Source: Lama glama
Taxonomy: Eukaryota
NCBI GenBank assembly: GCA_028534125.1
Contig: CM052816.1
Span: 33,234,001-33,298,000 of the forward strand
Reading direction: 5' to 3'
DNA: 64,000 bases
In this document: in pieces, positions 26,421 through 39,944 of the stretch
Layout of the letters: each line of letters begins with the position of its first letter
Position numbering within the stretch: position 1 is the first letter of the stretch
Notes under the pieces: model-generated
Seen by the model: the letters and a program-made list of their open reading frames with translations, nothing else
The model's database searches: none
What the model was told of the DNA's origin: nothing
Position numbers and translations under genes: made by a program

Positions 26421-28930
26421 CTTCCAGTATTAGCTGATGCATTTGCCCATTAATGTGATATTAACATTTAAATAAAAAGTTGTATGACTAGAAAAGACAA
26501 ATACAACCTTTTCCTGAGTCTATCAAGTTTTCTCCTGGGGAGAGTGATAGAGAGTAATTAGCTATAATATCAATTATAAGGAAAGCATCAAGAATACAGA
26601 AGAGTTGGAAGTAGAAATAAAATTTCCACCTGCTCATTTTCAAATACAGAACATTTACCAATGCAGAATCTGAACAAGAGAGAGTAATGAGATAAGAAAA
26701 TCAAAATTGGACACACTCGAGGTTAAGTCAGCTTCTATTTTTTCTTGTCTTTCCTCCCATTTTCTCCAGTATCTATACTACTCTTGAGAATCTAAGATAA
26801 CATTGAAAGAAGCACATATGGGTTAAAAGATTCCCAGCAATTCTATCAATTTAATGCTTTAAAAATATTTTTCAAGTCTTCCTCAAAAGTTTATCTTTAT
26901 TGCTGTCTACAATGACAAACATTCAGTGTTACCTTTACGCTTAGGAATAAAGCAGCTAAAACAATTTTATTTTGGCCCCAGTGCTGTTATCTTATAGAGG
27001 AAATAGGGGAAGACAAGCAAGAGTCAAGGAAGATGGCTTCTTGCAAAGAGGGCTTTCCCATCTGTGTCCCCCTGGCTGCCCTCTGCACAGAGACTCACAC
27101 ACAGTTACGCACTGAATAAACACTGGCTGACTTAACTGACTATGGCACAGAAGGGGAGGGGAAAAAAACAACATTTTCCTTTATTACTCCTTTATCCTTC
27201 TCATGTTCTGTGTAGTCCAAAGATAAAGGCAGTGAGGTATGAGGTATTCACTCTGAATGACAAATGATTACCTTGGGATTATGTAGAAACATCACACCTA
27301 AAATTCTAAGTTGATGGGGTCATTGAATATTTGCATTTCACAAAGATCTGGGCAACAGATGATACACACACACTCATACATAGACATACATACAAAACAC
27401 TTGGAGATAAAGCAGAAATACTGCAGCACGCATAATGATATCTGTTTTTGCTCAAAATTCCCTGAGCCATACTTCAGAAATCAGCTCCCCCACCCTTTTT
27501 GTCCTCCTTTGATTTTTCAGATGCTTTTAGCACAAAGCGCTCCTGATCTACTGTCCAGGTAACAGAGCTACTCTAGAGCTCTGACAAAGGTATTTTATTA
27601 CTGAGTAAATTGCTCTTTGGGTATAGACTGAGTGGATACATTGTATTCTGTGAAGTTTGGTCAGGGGGTAGGAGTAGGAAGACTCCCAACTTTTGCTGCT
27701 CTACATTGCATGTCTGTTTCTTTGGGGCCTCTCTGATAACCATCCCATAGGTTGATGAAGGCGTCCTAAAATCGATGCTGAAGTTGTTAACGTCTCTACT
27801 CTATAAGACCTAGTGGCAGAGCAAACAGAACTTTGAGGACCTGGGAGTTTTCATATGCAAAATGCCTAAAAGGAGACCCATTCCTGGTCCTAGGGCTCTG
27901 ACAATTCATTTTATGACTTTAAGCAAGTGATTTGTGCCTCCCACTCCTTAGGTTTCTTATTTGCAGAGAAAAAAAAGCATTTTCACTGAAAATTCTTAAA
28001 TTAATTCATTAATTCTTAAATTAATTCTTAATTCTTTCCACATACAACATTTTGTGATTCTACATCTGAGAAGATGTGTTGTCAAGGCTCCATCTGCCAC
28101 TGGGGAGGCACAAGAGCTGAGGGAGGGTCAGAACACCAGATAACCAGCAGACACATCTGGTTTTAAATCTCAGTGGCCCCATCTCATTGGTAGTGTGACT
28201 TTTGGAAAGTAACTTGCATTCTTCTCTGATTATCACGTGTGAGATGGGGATGCATTTGTTGTAATGATTAAATATGGTTGGTTCCTTGCACATTACCTCT
28301 TATTACCCTAGGACTACATTATGTCATAATAATCTAAGGCAGAGCCATTATACTCTGTTGGGCCCAAGTTGTGTACAAAATCATATCAGTCTAATGTAGA
28401 TGTACCTTAGAACATTCTAGAAGGAATCTTGTAAACAAATAAGCTTCAAGTATCTATTGAACCCTTTTCTCAATACTATCAGGTGCTGTGGGGAAGCTAA
28501 AAAATTATGATATGACCCATCTTTCAAGAAATTTTTATACTTAGTTGGGGAAATCCCTAGCATATACGTGAATGTTATAATATTAAAGTATTAAACTTGA
28601 GTAGTGGCTGGGAAATGACCCCTGGCAGGGTGTGGGGGCAGCATCTTCTAAGACTACAATTCTTGAAACCAAAGAACAGATACCAGGAACACAATCTTTA
28701 GGGGCCAAGGATCACTCTGAGTAGATGTTCTACAATGCAGGGCCAAGCTCTGAGCTAAGGACACCATGAAAAAACCAGGCTAAAATAAAACCCAAGGGAT
28801 CAGATGGAAAAATGGCAACCAAAGTTCAATTTGTAAAGGCGTAAAGATCCCCCCATTACTGATCAGTTAGGCAGGCCAAAGCTACAGGGAGCAAGACTAG
28901 TGGTGAGTAATAGACTCAAAGTAAGTTTCA

Positions 28931-30764
28931 AATCTGACCAAGGAAGTGAAAGATTTATACATGGAGAGCTACAAAACATTGACTAAGGAAATTAAAGATG
29001 ACTTAAAGAAATGGAAAGATATCTCATGTTCTTGGATTGGAAGAATTAATATTGTTAAAATGGCCATACTACCCAAAGCAATCTACAGATTTAATGCCAT
29101 CCCTATCAAAATACCCAGGTCATTTTTCACAAAACTAGAACAAATAATCCTAAAATTTATATAGAATGATGAAAGACCTGTAATTTCCAAAGCAATACTG
29201 AAGAAAAAGAATGAAGCTGGACGAATAACCCTCCCAGACTTCAGACAATACTACAGAGCTACAGTAATCAAAACAGCATGGTATCAGTACAAAAACAGAC
29301 ATACAGATCAATGGAACAGAACAGAGAGCCCAGAAATAAACCCACCAATTTTTGATCAATTAATTTTTGACAAAAGAGGCAAGAACATACAATGGAGTAA
29401 AGACAGTCTCTTCAGCAAACAACTCTCTAGCAAATAACTGGGAATAACTGGACAGCTGCATGTAAATCAATGAAGCTAGAATACTCCCTCACACCATACA
29501 CAAAAAATAAACTCAAAATGGCTTAAAGACTTAAACATAAGACAAGACACAATAAACCTCTTAGAAGAAAACATAGGCAAAACATTATCCAACATAAATC
29601 TTAGTAATGTTCTCCTAGGGCAGTCTACCCAGGCAATAGAAATAAAAGCAAAAATAAACAAATGGGACATAATTAAACTTTTAAGCTTTGGCACAGCAAA
29701 GGAAACCATAAGCAAAACAAAAAGACAACCTATGGAATGGGAGAAAATATTTGCAAAAGATGAGACTGACAAGGGCTTAATTTCCAGAATATATAAACAG
29801 CTCATACAACTTAATACGAAAAAAACAAACAACCCAATCCAAAAATGGGCAGAAGACCCAAACAAGCAATTCTCCAGTGAAAACATACAAATGGCCAATA
29901 GGCACATTAAAAAATGCTCAATATTGCTAATTATCAGAGAAATGCAAACCAAAACTACAATGAGGTATTACCTCTCACACCAGAGTGGCCATCATTCAAA
30001 AGTTCACAAACAATAAATGCTGGAGAGGCTGTGGAGAAAGGGAACTCTCCTACACTGTTGGTGGGAATGCAGTTTAGTACAGCCATTATGGAAAACAGTA
30101 TGGAGATTCCTCAAAAGACTAAAAGTAGACTTATCATACAGTCCAGCAATCCCACTCCTGGGCATATATCCAGAAGGAACCTTAATTCAAAAAGATACAC
30201 GCACCCCAGTGTTCACAGCAGCACTATTTACAATAGCCAAGACATGGGAACAACCTAAATGTCTAAACAGATGACTGGATAAAGAAGCTGTGCTATATTT
30301 CTACAATGGAATACTACTCAGCCATAAAAATTAATAAAACAATGCCATTTGCAGCAACATAGATGGACCTGGAGATTGTCATTCTAAGTGAAGTAAACCA
30401 GAAAGAGAATGAAAAGTACCATATGGTATCACTAATATGTGGAATCCAAAAAAAAAAAAAAAGACAAACCAACTTATTTACAAAACAGAAACATATTCAC
30501 AGATATAGAAAACAAACCTATGGTTACCAAGGGGAAAAGGGCTGGGAAGGGATAAATTGGGAGTTTGAGATTTGTACATACTAAATAATATATATAAAAT
30601 AGAAGTTCATACTGTATAGCACAGGGAACTATATTCAATATCTTATAGTAACTTATGGTGAAAAAGAATATGAAAATGAATATATATATGTTCACGTATG
30701 ACTGAAGCATTATGCTGTACACCAGAAATTGACAAAACATTTCAATAAAAGTTCTTATATACAA
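28931..30764 (+). mobile_element. Young 5'-truncated L1 (3' third of ORF2 + 3'UTR), disabled
   Basis: ORF2 pieces [52 protein letters not shown] with stops/frameshifts. Perfect 13-bp TSD aaagtaagtttca at 28918-28930 and 30765-30777. Confidence 0.96.
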
Positions 30765-33700
30765 AAAGTAAGTTTCAGTCAAGTCCAAGATCTGATTGCA
30801 AAGGCAGGCTGAGTCACGTCGGTGGCTAACAAGGGATGGACAAGGGCTGCATGGAGGTGATGAGACATGTGGGGCCTTGAAACAAGGAAGGAGTTAACAC
30901 AGGCAGATGTGGCTAGGTTCATAGGGAAGGGAAACACATCTGAATAAAACAAAGAGATAAATGATTATAGCAAAAAAACAAGCCTTTAATATATGAAAAA
31001 TGCCACGGAGGAGACAGGGATGAATACGACATGGCAATAAGACATGCCCTCAGAAGGTCTCTCAGTGCCCTGGGCTACCTCACAACTGGCAGGACCAGGA
31101 AGCAAAATCCAATGGTGACTGGTCTCAGCTAGAAACCATGCCACTGATGACAGAGGCATGTTCCCAAGACTCCCTAGACCCGTTTTAGGACTCCAAGAGA
31201 CAAAGAAGGCTGCCTTTCTGGGAAGTGGGGATGGAAAGGGACCATACTCCAAGGTGGAGAGAGTTGAGGTGCCTGTACTGTCTCTGAGACACTCACTCAG
31301 GGAGAATGAGTTAAGGCTACAACTCTGCCCTTCACTAGCCTTGATCTTGCATAAGTTACCTAAATGCTTTGAACCTGTTTCCTCATTTACAGTTGTACTT
31401 CCCTTCTAGGGTTGCTAAGGGGATAAGTTACATAAAACTGTAAGACTTTCACATTATTATTGTTGTTATTATTGCCATTGAGTCATTAGCCTCAAAACCA
31501 ATTCAAGGCCTCCAGTACAGAGAACTATAATTGTAAATGAGCCACTAAACCTAAAAGACCTGTAATAATTGATGAATAAAATAAGGTTTTTCTATTAGCA
31601 TAAGTAAAAGAGGCAGGAATCAGTAAGAACAATGAGACAGATGGGCTTTGAGCTCCAGTAAAGAGACCAGGGATTGGGTTGAGTGCCACACACCACACAG
31701 ATGGCCCCCCATCCCATCCTTCCTATGATTGTCCTCAAGGTTGTATGGTCTAGATGTGGACTATACAGTTGTTACCCAAATAAATTTGGGATCCACCTGA
31801 CCCAGTCTTGCTTCCTTCTTTCTTCCTTCAAAGTGTTACTGTACTGAGTTGATATAATTTGTAGTAATTGGTCCAGACCTCCCTTCACCCTCCTTTCTTC
31901 AGCTTTGATTAAACCTCTCTCCCTGAGGGTTTGCAGACATCTGTGTGCATTGTGATCCCACTTTGATTTTTCCACAGCTGAATTTAGAGCTAGAAGAGGT
32001 CTTAGAAATATCTAGTCCAACCACTGCCGTTGACAGATGAGAAAGACCACATGTTCGAAATGAATACATTCTGACATTCTCTTAGAGTTGGCTCATTCCC
32101 CAAGGATTTTTTTTAAAAGATATATCTTTAAAAAAAAAACTTGAGATACTATTAAATTGGCCAGAATTCAAATAAACACATCCTCCCCACATTCTCTCTC
32201 TCCAGATCTGCTCTCCCGGAGATGGAAGATGCTACCTCTGAGACTGTTCAGCACATGGGGACTCTGTGCTCGGGCCAAATGTCCCACAGTGTCTGGAAGT
32301 GCCACGGGGCGGCCCACCGAGGGCCGGCATTCAGAGACAGAGGGCCCGCTGCCTCACTCTGGGGCGAGTGCTGGAGGAGGGCCAGCAAACAGTCATGGCT
32401 TTGTTGTTGTTGACCTTCTTCAGGAGTGTTATGGGGCTGGAATCTGGCTGCTATCTGGGGAGGGATGGAGAGGGGCAGGAAAAGGGGAATAGGAGGGGGA
32501 AGGAAGGAAAAGGAAAACTACCCTGAAAATAACAGAACTGAAATGAGGAGCATCTATGACATCTCCCAACAGGATGTTTCTGTCATTTGCCTGTTCTCAG
32601 CTTCCAAAAGTTTTTAATTATGCTGAGGCCTAGGGCCCTTTTTTGAGGGATGGAAGTGTCCCTGGGGCAGATGAGTGGCGTCACACTATTAGGAGGGTAG
32701 TGGGTCTGCCTCTCCTTTCTTATACTTTCTAGTGCATAACCTCTGAAGGAAGAACATGTGTGGAAGAGCTGTGAGTCTGGTAAGGACACATAACTTGTGA
32801 AAATATCATGGTTCCAGACACAATTGGCTTCACATCAGAAAAATATTTCCAGGGTAAACATTATGTTTAAATATTAAACTTAAGTAAAGCCAGACACAAG
32901 AATACAGTCTCAATAACAAAGAAAGGCAATGATGTCCTCAAGTGAAAGGGGATTCACAAGTGCTTCTCCAGAGTATCAGACCCCACTGCCACAGAATGGC
33001 AGCTGTAGGTTCAATGACCCCAATGTCTTTTACTTTTCAGATTCGAGATACTACCTTCAGCTGTGATGCATGCAGACCCCAGATTTTTAAAAAATTAGCC
33101 TCTATATTGATAGTAGGAATAAACATTCTGTTTTGCATACTAAAGATTTCCTCTTTAACATTTTTTTTTCCTGGCATTACAAAATTGTCACCTTAAAAAA
33201 TAATTACTGTAAAGTCCTTAGATTTCAACACTAGCAGGAAAGGAGAGAAAAACAAGAAGGGATGATGGTTCAAGAAATCCCCAAAGCAGCTACACAAATG
33301 AAGGCATAACATTTGATTCTGACCCTCTCAATCTTGTATTTGATTTATTCCTCTCTAATAAAAAGGGCTTGCAATATGGATTCAAGTTTTAACCCATTTT
33401 GGGTCACATACATTGCATGTAACAGGTAAAAGTTAACCCTGTTTGTGTGGTGCCCTGATTTACTGTTAAAGACCAACCACTCATCAGTGCCTGTTCAGTC
33501 TCTAACGGTCACCAGGAAAACCCTCAGGGGGCTAGTGCGCCTGGTTATGGGAATAAAATAGCACAAACGGCTGATGAACGAATCAATTGTATAGTTACTC
33601 TCAGGTCAGGACAGATCCTTTACTGGAAGCCAGTCTGATATCCTCAGCAGCAGGGATTTCAGTGAGAGAAAAACTGCTGATTATAAAAGCTAGGGAACAG

Positions 33701-36380
33701 GACCAATGAGGACAGTGAAAAGAAAGAAACTGCTTAACCTGGAAAAGACAAGACTGAAGAATGTTCTACTAAATGTTCCTGTATATATGAAAAGCAGAAA
33801 GGATGACTGCGGCAAGGAAGCAAGAACAAGAGACCAATATAGTGATGTCAGGGATTCAGCAGTGTAATTGGGAGCTGAGAAAGGGTTCCCTCTTTCCTTC
33901 CTTCCTCCCTTGCTTCAACAGTTATGCCCTAAGTTTGCTCCCTCAGCAGGACACTGGCTGAGTGCGGCCTCAGCAGAGGCCAGTCACTCACTTTCCTGTG
34001 ATGATCTCGGTGACAAAGGGATAAACTGGGATTTGGCTTATTTAAGATTCTTCTCTTCTTTCTTGAAGGAAGCAGAACAGGGTAAAGTGAAATAGGTAAA
34101 AAGCAGTATTCAAACTCGGAACAGTCACTGAGCAGGTTCTGAGATGAAGATGCCAGTGAGTTACAGCTGTTAAGCCCCAGGGCAGTCTACATGGTTGTCT
34201 GGGAGATGGAGGGAGACAAAGTCCACGAGGCATGGATTTATCTTTTTGGTCACATTACTTAATCTGATCCTAGCAGTTGTCTTCAAATGATAATTTTAAA
34301 AGTATATGTATTGCTGGATGAGAAGCTATTTATAGTCCTCCATGGGACAAAGGAAAAAATACCTTTGTTAGGACCAGGAGGCCTGAGTGGTCTCACATGT
34401 TCATGAAGTATACAGCAGCACTTGGAGTTCGACTTTTTTTATTTGAAAAAGTTTACTTTTTCCATTATAAAAGGGACACAGCTCATTATGCACAATTTGC
34501 AGAAGATGTCACTATTTTAGTGAATTTTTTAAAGATATGATTCTATGGACATTGGAAGGGTCTATCCCTACATGCACCCTGCCGCACGGCCCTACGAATG
34601 AAGTTCCTTCATTAAACTCTTCCCTTGAGTTGGAGTAGACGTTCACAGTTAAAATCAAATATTGGGTTGAGGAGAAATAACATTAAATGTTGTCTTGTTA
34701 TTAATATCTTATCTTGAATTCATTTATTAATTTGAGCCTAGAGAACTGCCTCTAGGAAGCTGGGAGGCCAGCGAGGGGCGCAGGCTGCGGAGGGACTTCT
34801 GGGAGGAGGCGAAGGTGAACTCCATGGCTGCGGTGGGTGAGCTGCAGGCCTGGCTCTGTGGGGACCTGGCAGATTGTGATCATTCTTTTTGCAAATGCAG
34901 CTGTCTTTGACTGATATGGTGCTCCCAAACTTGGCTGCACTGTGAACACAAATGTGTGCGAACCCCGAGAGAGAAAGCATTTTGGCTGGGACCATGTGCT
35001 TACCATGACCCGTATGCGCGACCCAGTACACTTTTGAAACCACTGAACAGATGTTCTCACAGCATATGCTATATTAAGAAATGCATGTAAGGTAGTGCAG
35101 AATTTCCACATCACTTTCTAAAGCTGATTTTGTATTTCTTTTCATAAACATTTTCAAACATATTCCCGTTAAATAGCCTCTCCCACAGTACACGTGTACA
35201 TACATGCCTGAGGAAGTGTGGGTCTGGAGAGGGAGCACTTCTGTAATGCACCATCAACACCTTTGGTAAAGACTGCAGATGCAAATTCCTGAAATACGTT
35301 TACAGAGATTTACCTTCCTCTTCTGAAAGAGGCTGGTTAGTCTTCATTGTATTAACAGAAAGGCCTTCTAGGTTGAAATTCGCTCTTTCTGAGGACAGCC
35401 ACTATCTATCTTTTCTTGGCTTTTTTCTCCTTGATTTTCTCTCTGGCCCACATCCTTTCTGCTTCTTTTATTCTCTGTGTCTTTCTTTTTCCACAATTGT
35501 GTATTTTTCTTTCCTACCTATGATGTAGGCCAGCACAGGCCACCACACAGTCCACCCTCCTTAAGTGGAATCCAGGAAGGAAAATAAGACTTCCTCCGTA
35601 GTAGCATACTCTTAACCATACCTGATGGGATGCTTCACCCCTGCACCCATTCACCTGTTCTTCAGACCCCTGAGATGAAGCCAAATGTCTGTGGAAGGTT
35701 GGGGGGGGGGGTCGGGTGGTGGACAGATTACAGAAAGGTGCTATGCCTTTATTAGTATAATAATAGCTAACATTTATTAAGCCCTTAGTATGTTCCAAAT
35801 GTTTTATTTGCTTTACACTTATGTAGGGTTCCATACTTAATTAATGTTTTTTCAGCTTCATACTTAAAAGCAGAAAAGAGAATATGTTCCATGCCCAAAT
35901 CCTTTAATTTATATGACCTGAATGAAATGATTGAGAGCTTCTTCTCAACTAAACATTGAAATGTTCCTATATTAGTAAATAAATAAACATACACATACAT
36001 ATATACATTATCAAACTGTCAAGAGGAAAAGGGCTAAATGTAGAGAAAAAAAATTACACTAAGAAAAAAAATTTAAATACCCTGACTGAGGTGGAATTTC
36101 TTTGCACGTATATCTTCCACAGGGGCCTGCCTTTTCTCTGTACTGTAACAAAAGGCCCTAAGGTAAAAATAAGTGATTCTTCAGGAGAGGATGAAAAAGG
36201 AGTAACAATTCAACAACCAGCATTTTAAATTCAATTAACAGTTTATCCGGAACATTTACCTATGTTGCTAGTCGCCATGACAAACCTGTGAGGCAAGTAT
36301 CATTGGTATAATCCCCATTTTACAGATTAAGAAAACTGAGGTTTAGAATAGTCAAATCATTTGTCCAAGTCACATACAAG

Positions 36381-36883
36381 CATTTCAGTTATCTATTGCT
36401 GTGTAACAAACAATCCCAAAATTTAAGGGCTCAGAAAAATCAACTTATAATTACTTATGATTCTGTGGGTTGGCTGGGCAGTTCTTCTGCCTCACAAAGT
36501 ATCCATTGGGAGCTTGGCTGGGTCTAGAGTAATCAAGAGGGCTTCACTCTCATGTTTGGTTATAGGTGCTGGCCACTGGTAGGGGTATCATAGTTTTCAT
36601 CCCCCAAGACCTCTCTTCTCATGGTCTCTCTAGTAGGACAGCCCAGACTTCTTTATGTGGCAGGACTTCCAGAGCGCAAAAATGGGAACTGCCAGGTCTC
36701 CGAAAGCCTAAGCCAGGAAATCACACAGTATCACTTCTACCACATTCTACTGGTCAAAGCAAGACACAGCCAACCAGATTCAGCGGAAGGAAACAGATTT
36801 AATCTATTGGTGTTGAAGCCACACACGAGCAGAAAAATGGGAAGAACTCTGGGCAGCTAAATTTGCAGACAATCTACGCCACA
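36381..36883 (-). mobile_element. MLT1H-like MaLR solo LTR inserted in a MIR
   Basis: cagttatctattgctgtgtaacaaac...cacttctaccacattctactggtcaaagcaag...gacaatctacgccaca; MIR core immediately to the left (36270-36380). Confidence 0.8.
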
Positions 36884-37445
36884 AAGACGGGCATAGTTGG
36901 AACTCAGGAAGATGGGTGAGAATGTCACTATGCTGCTAATTCTTTAACGTTCAAGTCTAGGGTTAGGTTGCAGTATAGACCCATACACAGGTGCAGGAAA
37001 ATAATCCCCTACTTGCTCTCAGGTGATGCTGGCACAGCTGGCCTCTGCCTTTACATGTCATTTATTTGGAAGGCAGAGATTAACCTAGGCCTATATATCA
37101 TTGTTTGTTTTCACTTACTAATCTGCTGAATGCTCATGTTCTCAATAAGGACTTTGAGAGCAAGGTATGAGGCGACAAACAATTGGCTGCACAATGAGGC
37201 TTGCTGATTAATGTGAATGGCAAAGAGCCACCTGGCAGCAGAAGTCATGGGAAGAAGGTTGTTTATGTGACTGACTCACAGTTTTACTGAATTTTTCAGC
37301 TTAAAGGCACATTTAGTGGTCACCCAATTAAACCCTCTCCGTAGACAGATACATGGTTACAGTTGAGATTCTTTTAGGCATAGAATTCCTACACGCCTGA
37401 CTCACCTAATAACCCACTTGTCCAGGTCCCCAGCTCGTGTGCATG

Positions 37446-37450
<5 letters not shown>

Positions 37451-37477
<27 letters not shown>
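37451..37477. repeat. (AC)13 microsatellite
   Basis: Perfect run, preceded by alternating purine/pyrimidine sequence. Confidence 0.95.
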
Positions 37478-37481
<4 letters not shown>

Positions 37482-38086
37482 TACATCCTCCCACCACTAA
37501 AATGTGTTGGAGAACAGCTATTTTAAATAAACAAAAATTAAAGTTGACACTTTCTTTTTTTCACATTTTTCACAAATCTCCCGAAGTAACTGGAGCCCCC
37601 GTGGAGTGTCACAGTCTAAGCTGTCATCACTCGTGCTTCACAGGCACTCAGCAGGCAGCAGGGGCTGTGACTCTTACACTGTGCTTGGCCAAGGGCAGGT
37701 ATGTGATTCCCTTTCTGGTACTGTAACAATCAGGAGAGGTGTTTCTCGCCTATGAAAGCAAACCAGGCTTACAAGGGACTTCCAGTTGTTTTCTGTGTCA
37801 TTACAGTTAAAACAGATGAAGTAACAAGAAGAGAGTCACAGAAGAGAAGATCCCTGTGTCAAGGGTACGGGGACTAATTTTTAAATGATTAAAGTAATAA
37901 ATATAATAATAAAGACAATTTTTTTAAAAATCCCCTAAAAATTGTTCATATTCCCTCCTGTTAAAAATGGATTGCTTTATTTTTGTTTTTCAGGGGTCTG
38001 TAACAACTAACATAATTTATATGATAGGCACTTGCAATAGATTACCCACGTTTAATCCTCACAGCAGTCCTCCGAGGTGGAAAGTA

Positions 38087-38366
38087 TAGGTCCAAAAACC
38101 CTTTTACAAATCTCTTGGAGTTATATACGGTGTGAGTTTCAGAAACGCAATATATTACGTTAAAGAGTATATGTAATACTTCCAGAGGGATTTGGGGCAT
38201 CTCTGATAATCATACACACATAAGCACATATAATCAGCCACATATATGAATAATTACATTCAGTCAATTCAAGTCAAGTTTGAGTTTTGAGCAACCTTAT
38301 GAAAAAAGCTGTCAGTTTTGGAGCTTTTTGGATTTCATAAATACAAATAAATAAGTATGGGCTTGA
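38087..38366 (-). mobile_element. MER46C-like Tigger MITE inserted in a MIR
   Basis: taggtccaaaaaccctt...cagttttggagctttttggatttc...tatgggcttg; MIR sequence on both sides. Confidence 0.65.
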
Positions 38367-39944
38367 ACAATTATCCCTATATATTTTAGAAATGAAGAAA
38401 ATGGGGCATATAGCTTGCCCCAAATCATACAGCAAAGAACTAGAATTCAATGCTTGACTCCTGAACTCAAAATTTTAAGGAGGTTAAATTATATAGTATT
38501 TGATACACACAAAATAACATATGTGACATTTATGAAAATTAATGCATAATAATTAGAATAATAAATTAAAAATTAACCTGCCACTCAATTTACAGAGATG
38601 AATATTGATCTTAACCCCTGGGTACAGCACCCAGGGCAGGCTAAGGCTAAGTTACTACTGTTGTGTTACGGTGGCTTCTAAGGGTTGTATGACACAAGCT
38701 GGGTTTTAAAGACTTCTGATGCCAGCTTATTGGGTGGGGCCCAGGAGATCACATCAGGGGAAATTAAGTCCTTTTGTACTATCAAGGGACCGATAAAAAG
38801 AGCAAGGGACAAAGTCATGTTGCTTCCAAGTCATAAAAATGATGCAATTTGAGGTATAAATGAGTGAGGGCTCTTTTACAAGGTACACGGGTGAAAATGT
38901 AATGGTGTGTGAGACCAGAACAGACTGGAGTGCGCTGCTTGTGTAGGCCAGCATAACAAGACAGTGGGCTGTTTGCTGACCTGAGCTGCTGGGCCAAGTA
39001 GAGGTGATTAGAAAGGAAGGCTTGAGGGGTTACATACATACCTCAGGCCCCAACCAGCAGGTGCCTGGTGTGGTTGTCCGCAGATAAGGACAAAACCCAA
39101 AGTGGCCTGGCTAGTTTAATAAGATCTCACTTTTAGCATTTCAGTTCACCAGAGGAAACTTCAACTCACCTAGATCAAAGGTTCAGAGGATGAAAGGGTT
39201 TTCACCTCAGCAGAGTGGAACTTTCTGGGAGAGTTAGCCTGAGAACAAACATCCTAGTGGTGCCAGATACCAGCCTCTCGCAGACAGCTTGCTCAAGAAG
39301 ATCTGGGCAAGCTGAGAGGTCCATCCAAGACCAGGGCTGAGATTGTGTCCATGTGTGTAGAATATGAATGAAGATCTTGGAAAAATAGATCTTATGAAAA
39401 AAAATCAGAATTCTGTGTTCACAGAATCCTACTTGAATTATAAACATCTCTTATTCCCTGACTGGTGAAGGAAGAGGAACAATCCTGATTTAAGGCACCT
39501 TTGGGAACAGAAGTAGTCAGTAATCATATGTAACCTCAGAAACTGGTGTTGCTACTAAACTGGTCTACCTTTAGCTACTCCAAGGTGGTCAATGATTTGA
39601 AAGTCAAAGGGCAGACAAATGCTTCAGAGGAATCTAGATGACTCAGATACCCATTCCAAAAAAAAAAAAAAATCCCAGAATCATTATGGAAAACATGCAT
39701 ACACACATGAGTGCACACACACACCTTAGTTGTACTCTGCGAATACATACATCTAAAGAAAGGGAAACTACATATCCTTGCAAAGGGAACTAAGCTGTAA
39801 ACTTTCACTGTATTCACATGATATTCATGGAAGGCTGAGAGAAAAGGAAAGTACTAAAACAATAGAGAGTAAGTAGGTTGCCTAAGAGAGTCCTCTGAAT
39901 GAAAACAGATAGTGTTTATGACTACATTATAAGTAAAAGTTCAA

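Noticed and set aside
28946..30584. Reverse-transcriptase-related ORFs as a functional gene or novel retro-system
   Set aside because: Ordinary 5'-truncated L1 ORF2 broken by stops and frameshifts.
35697..35722. G-run as a G-quadruplex (also the C-run near 8700-8723)
   Set aside because: Simple homopolymer-rich tracts with no supporting context.
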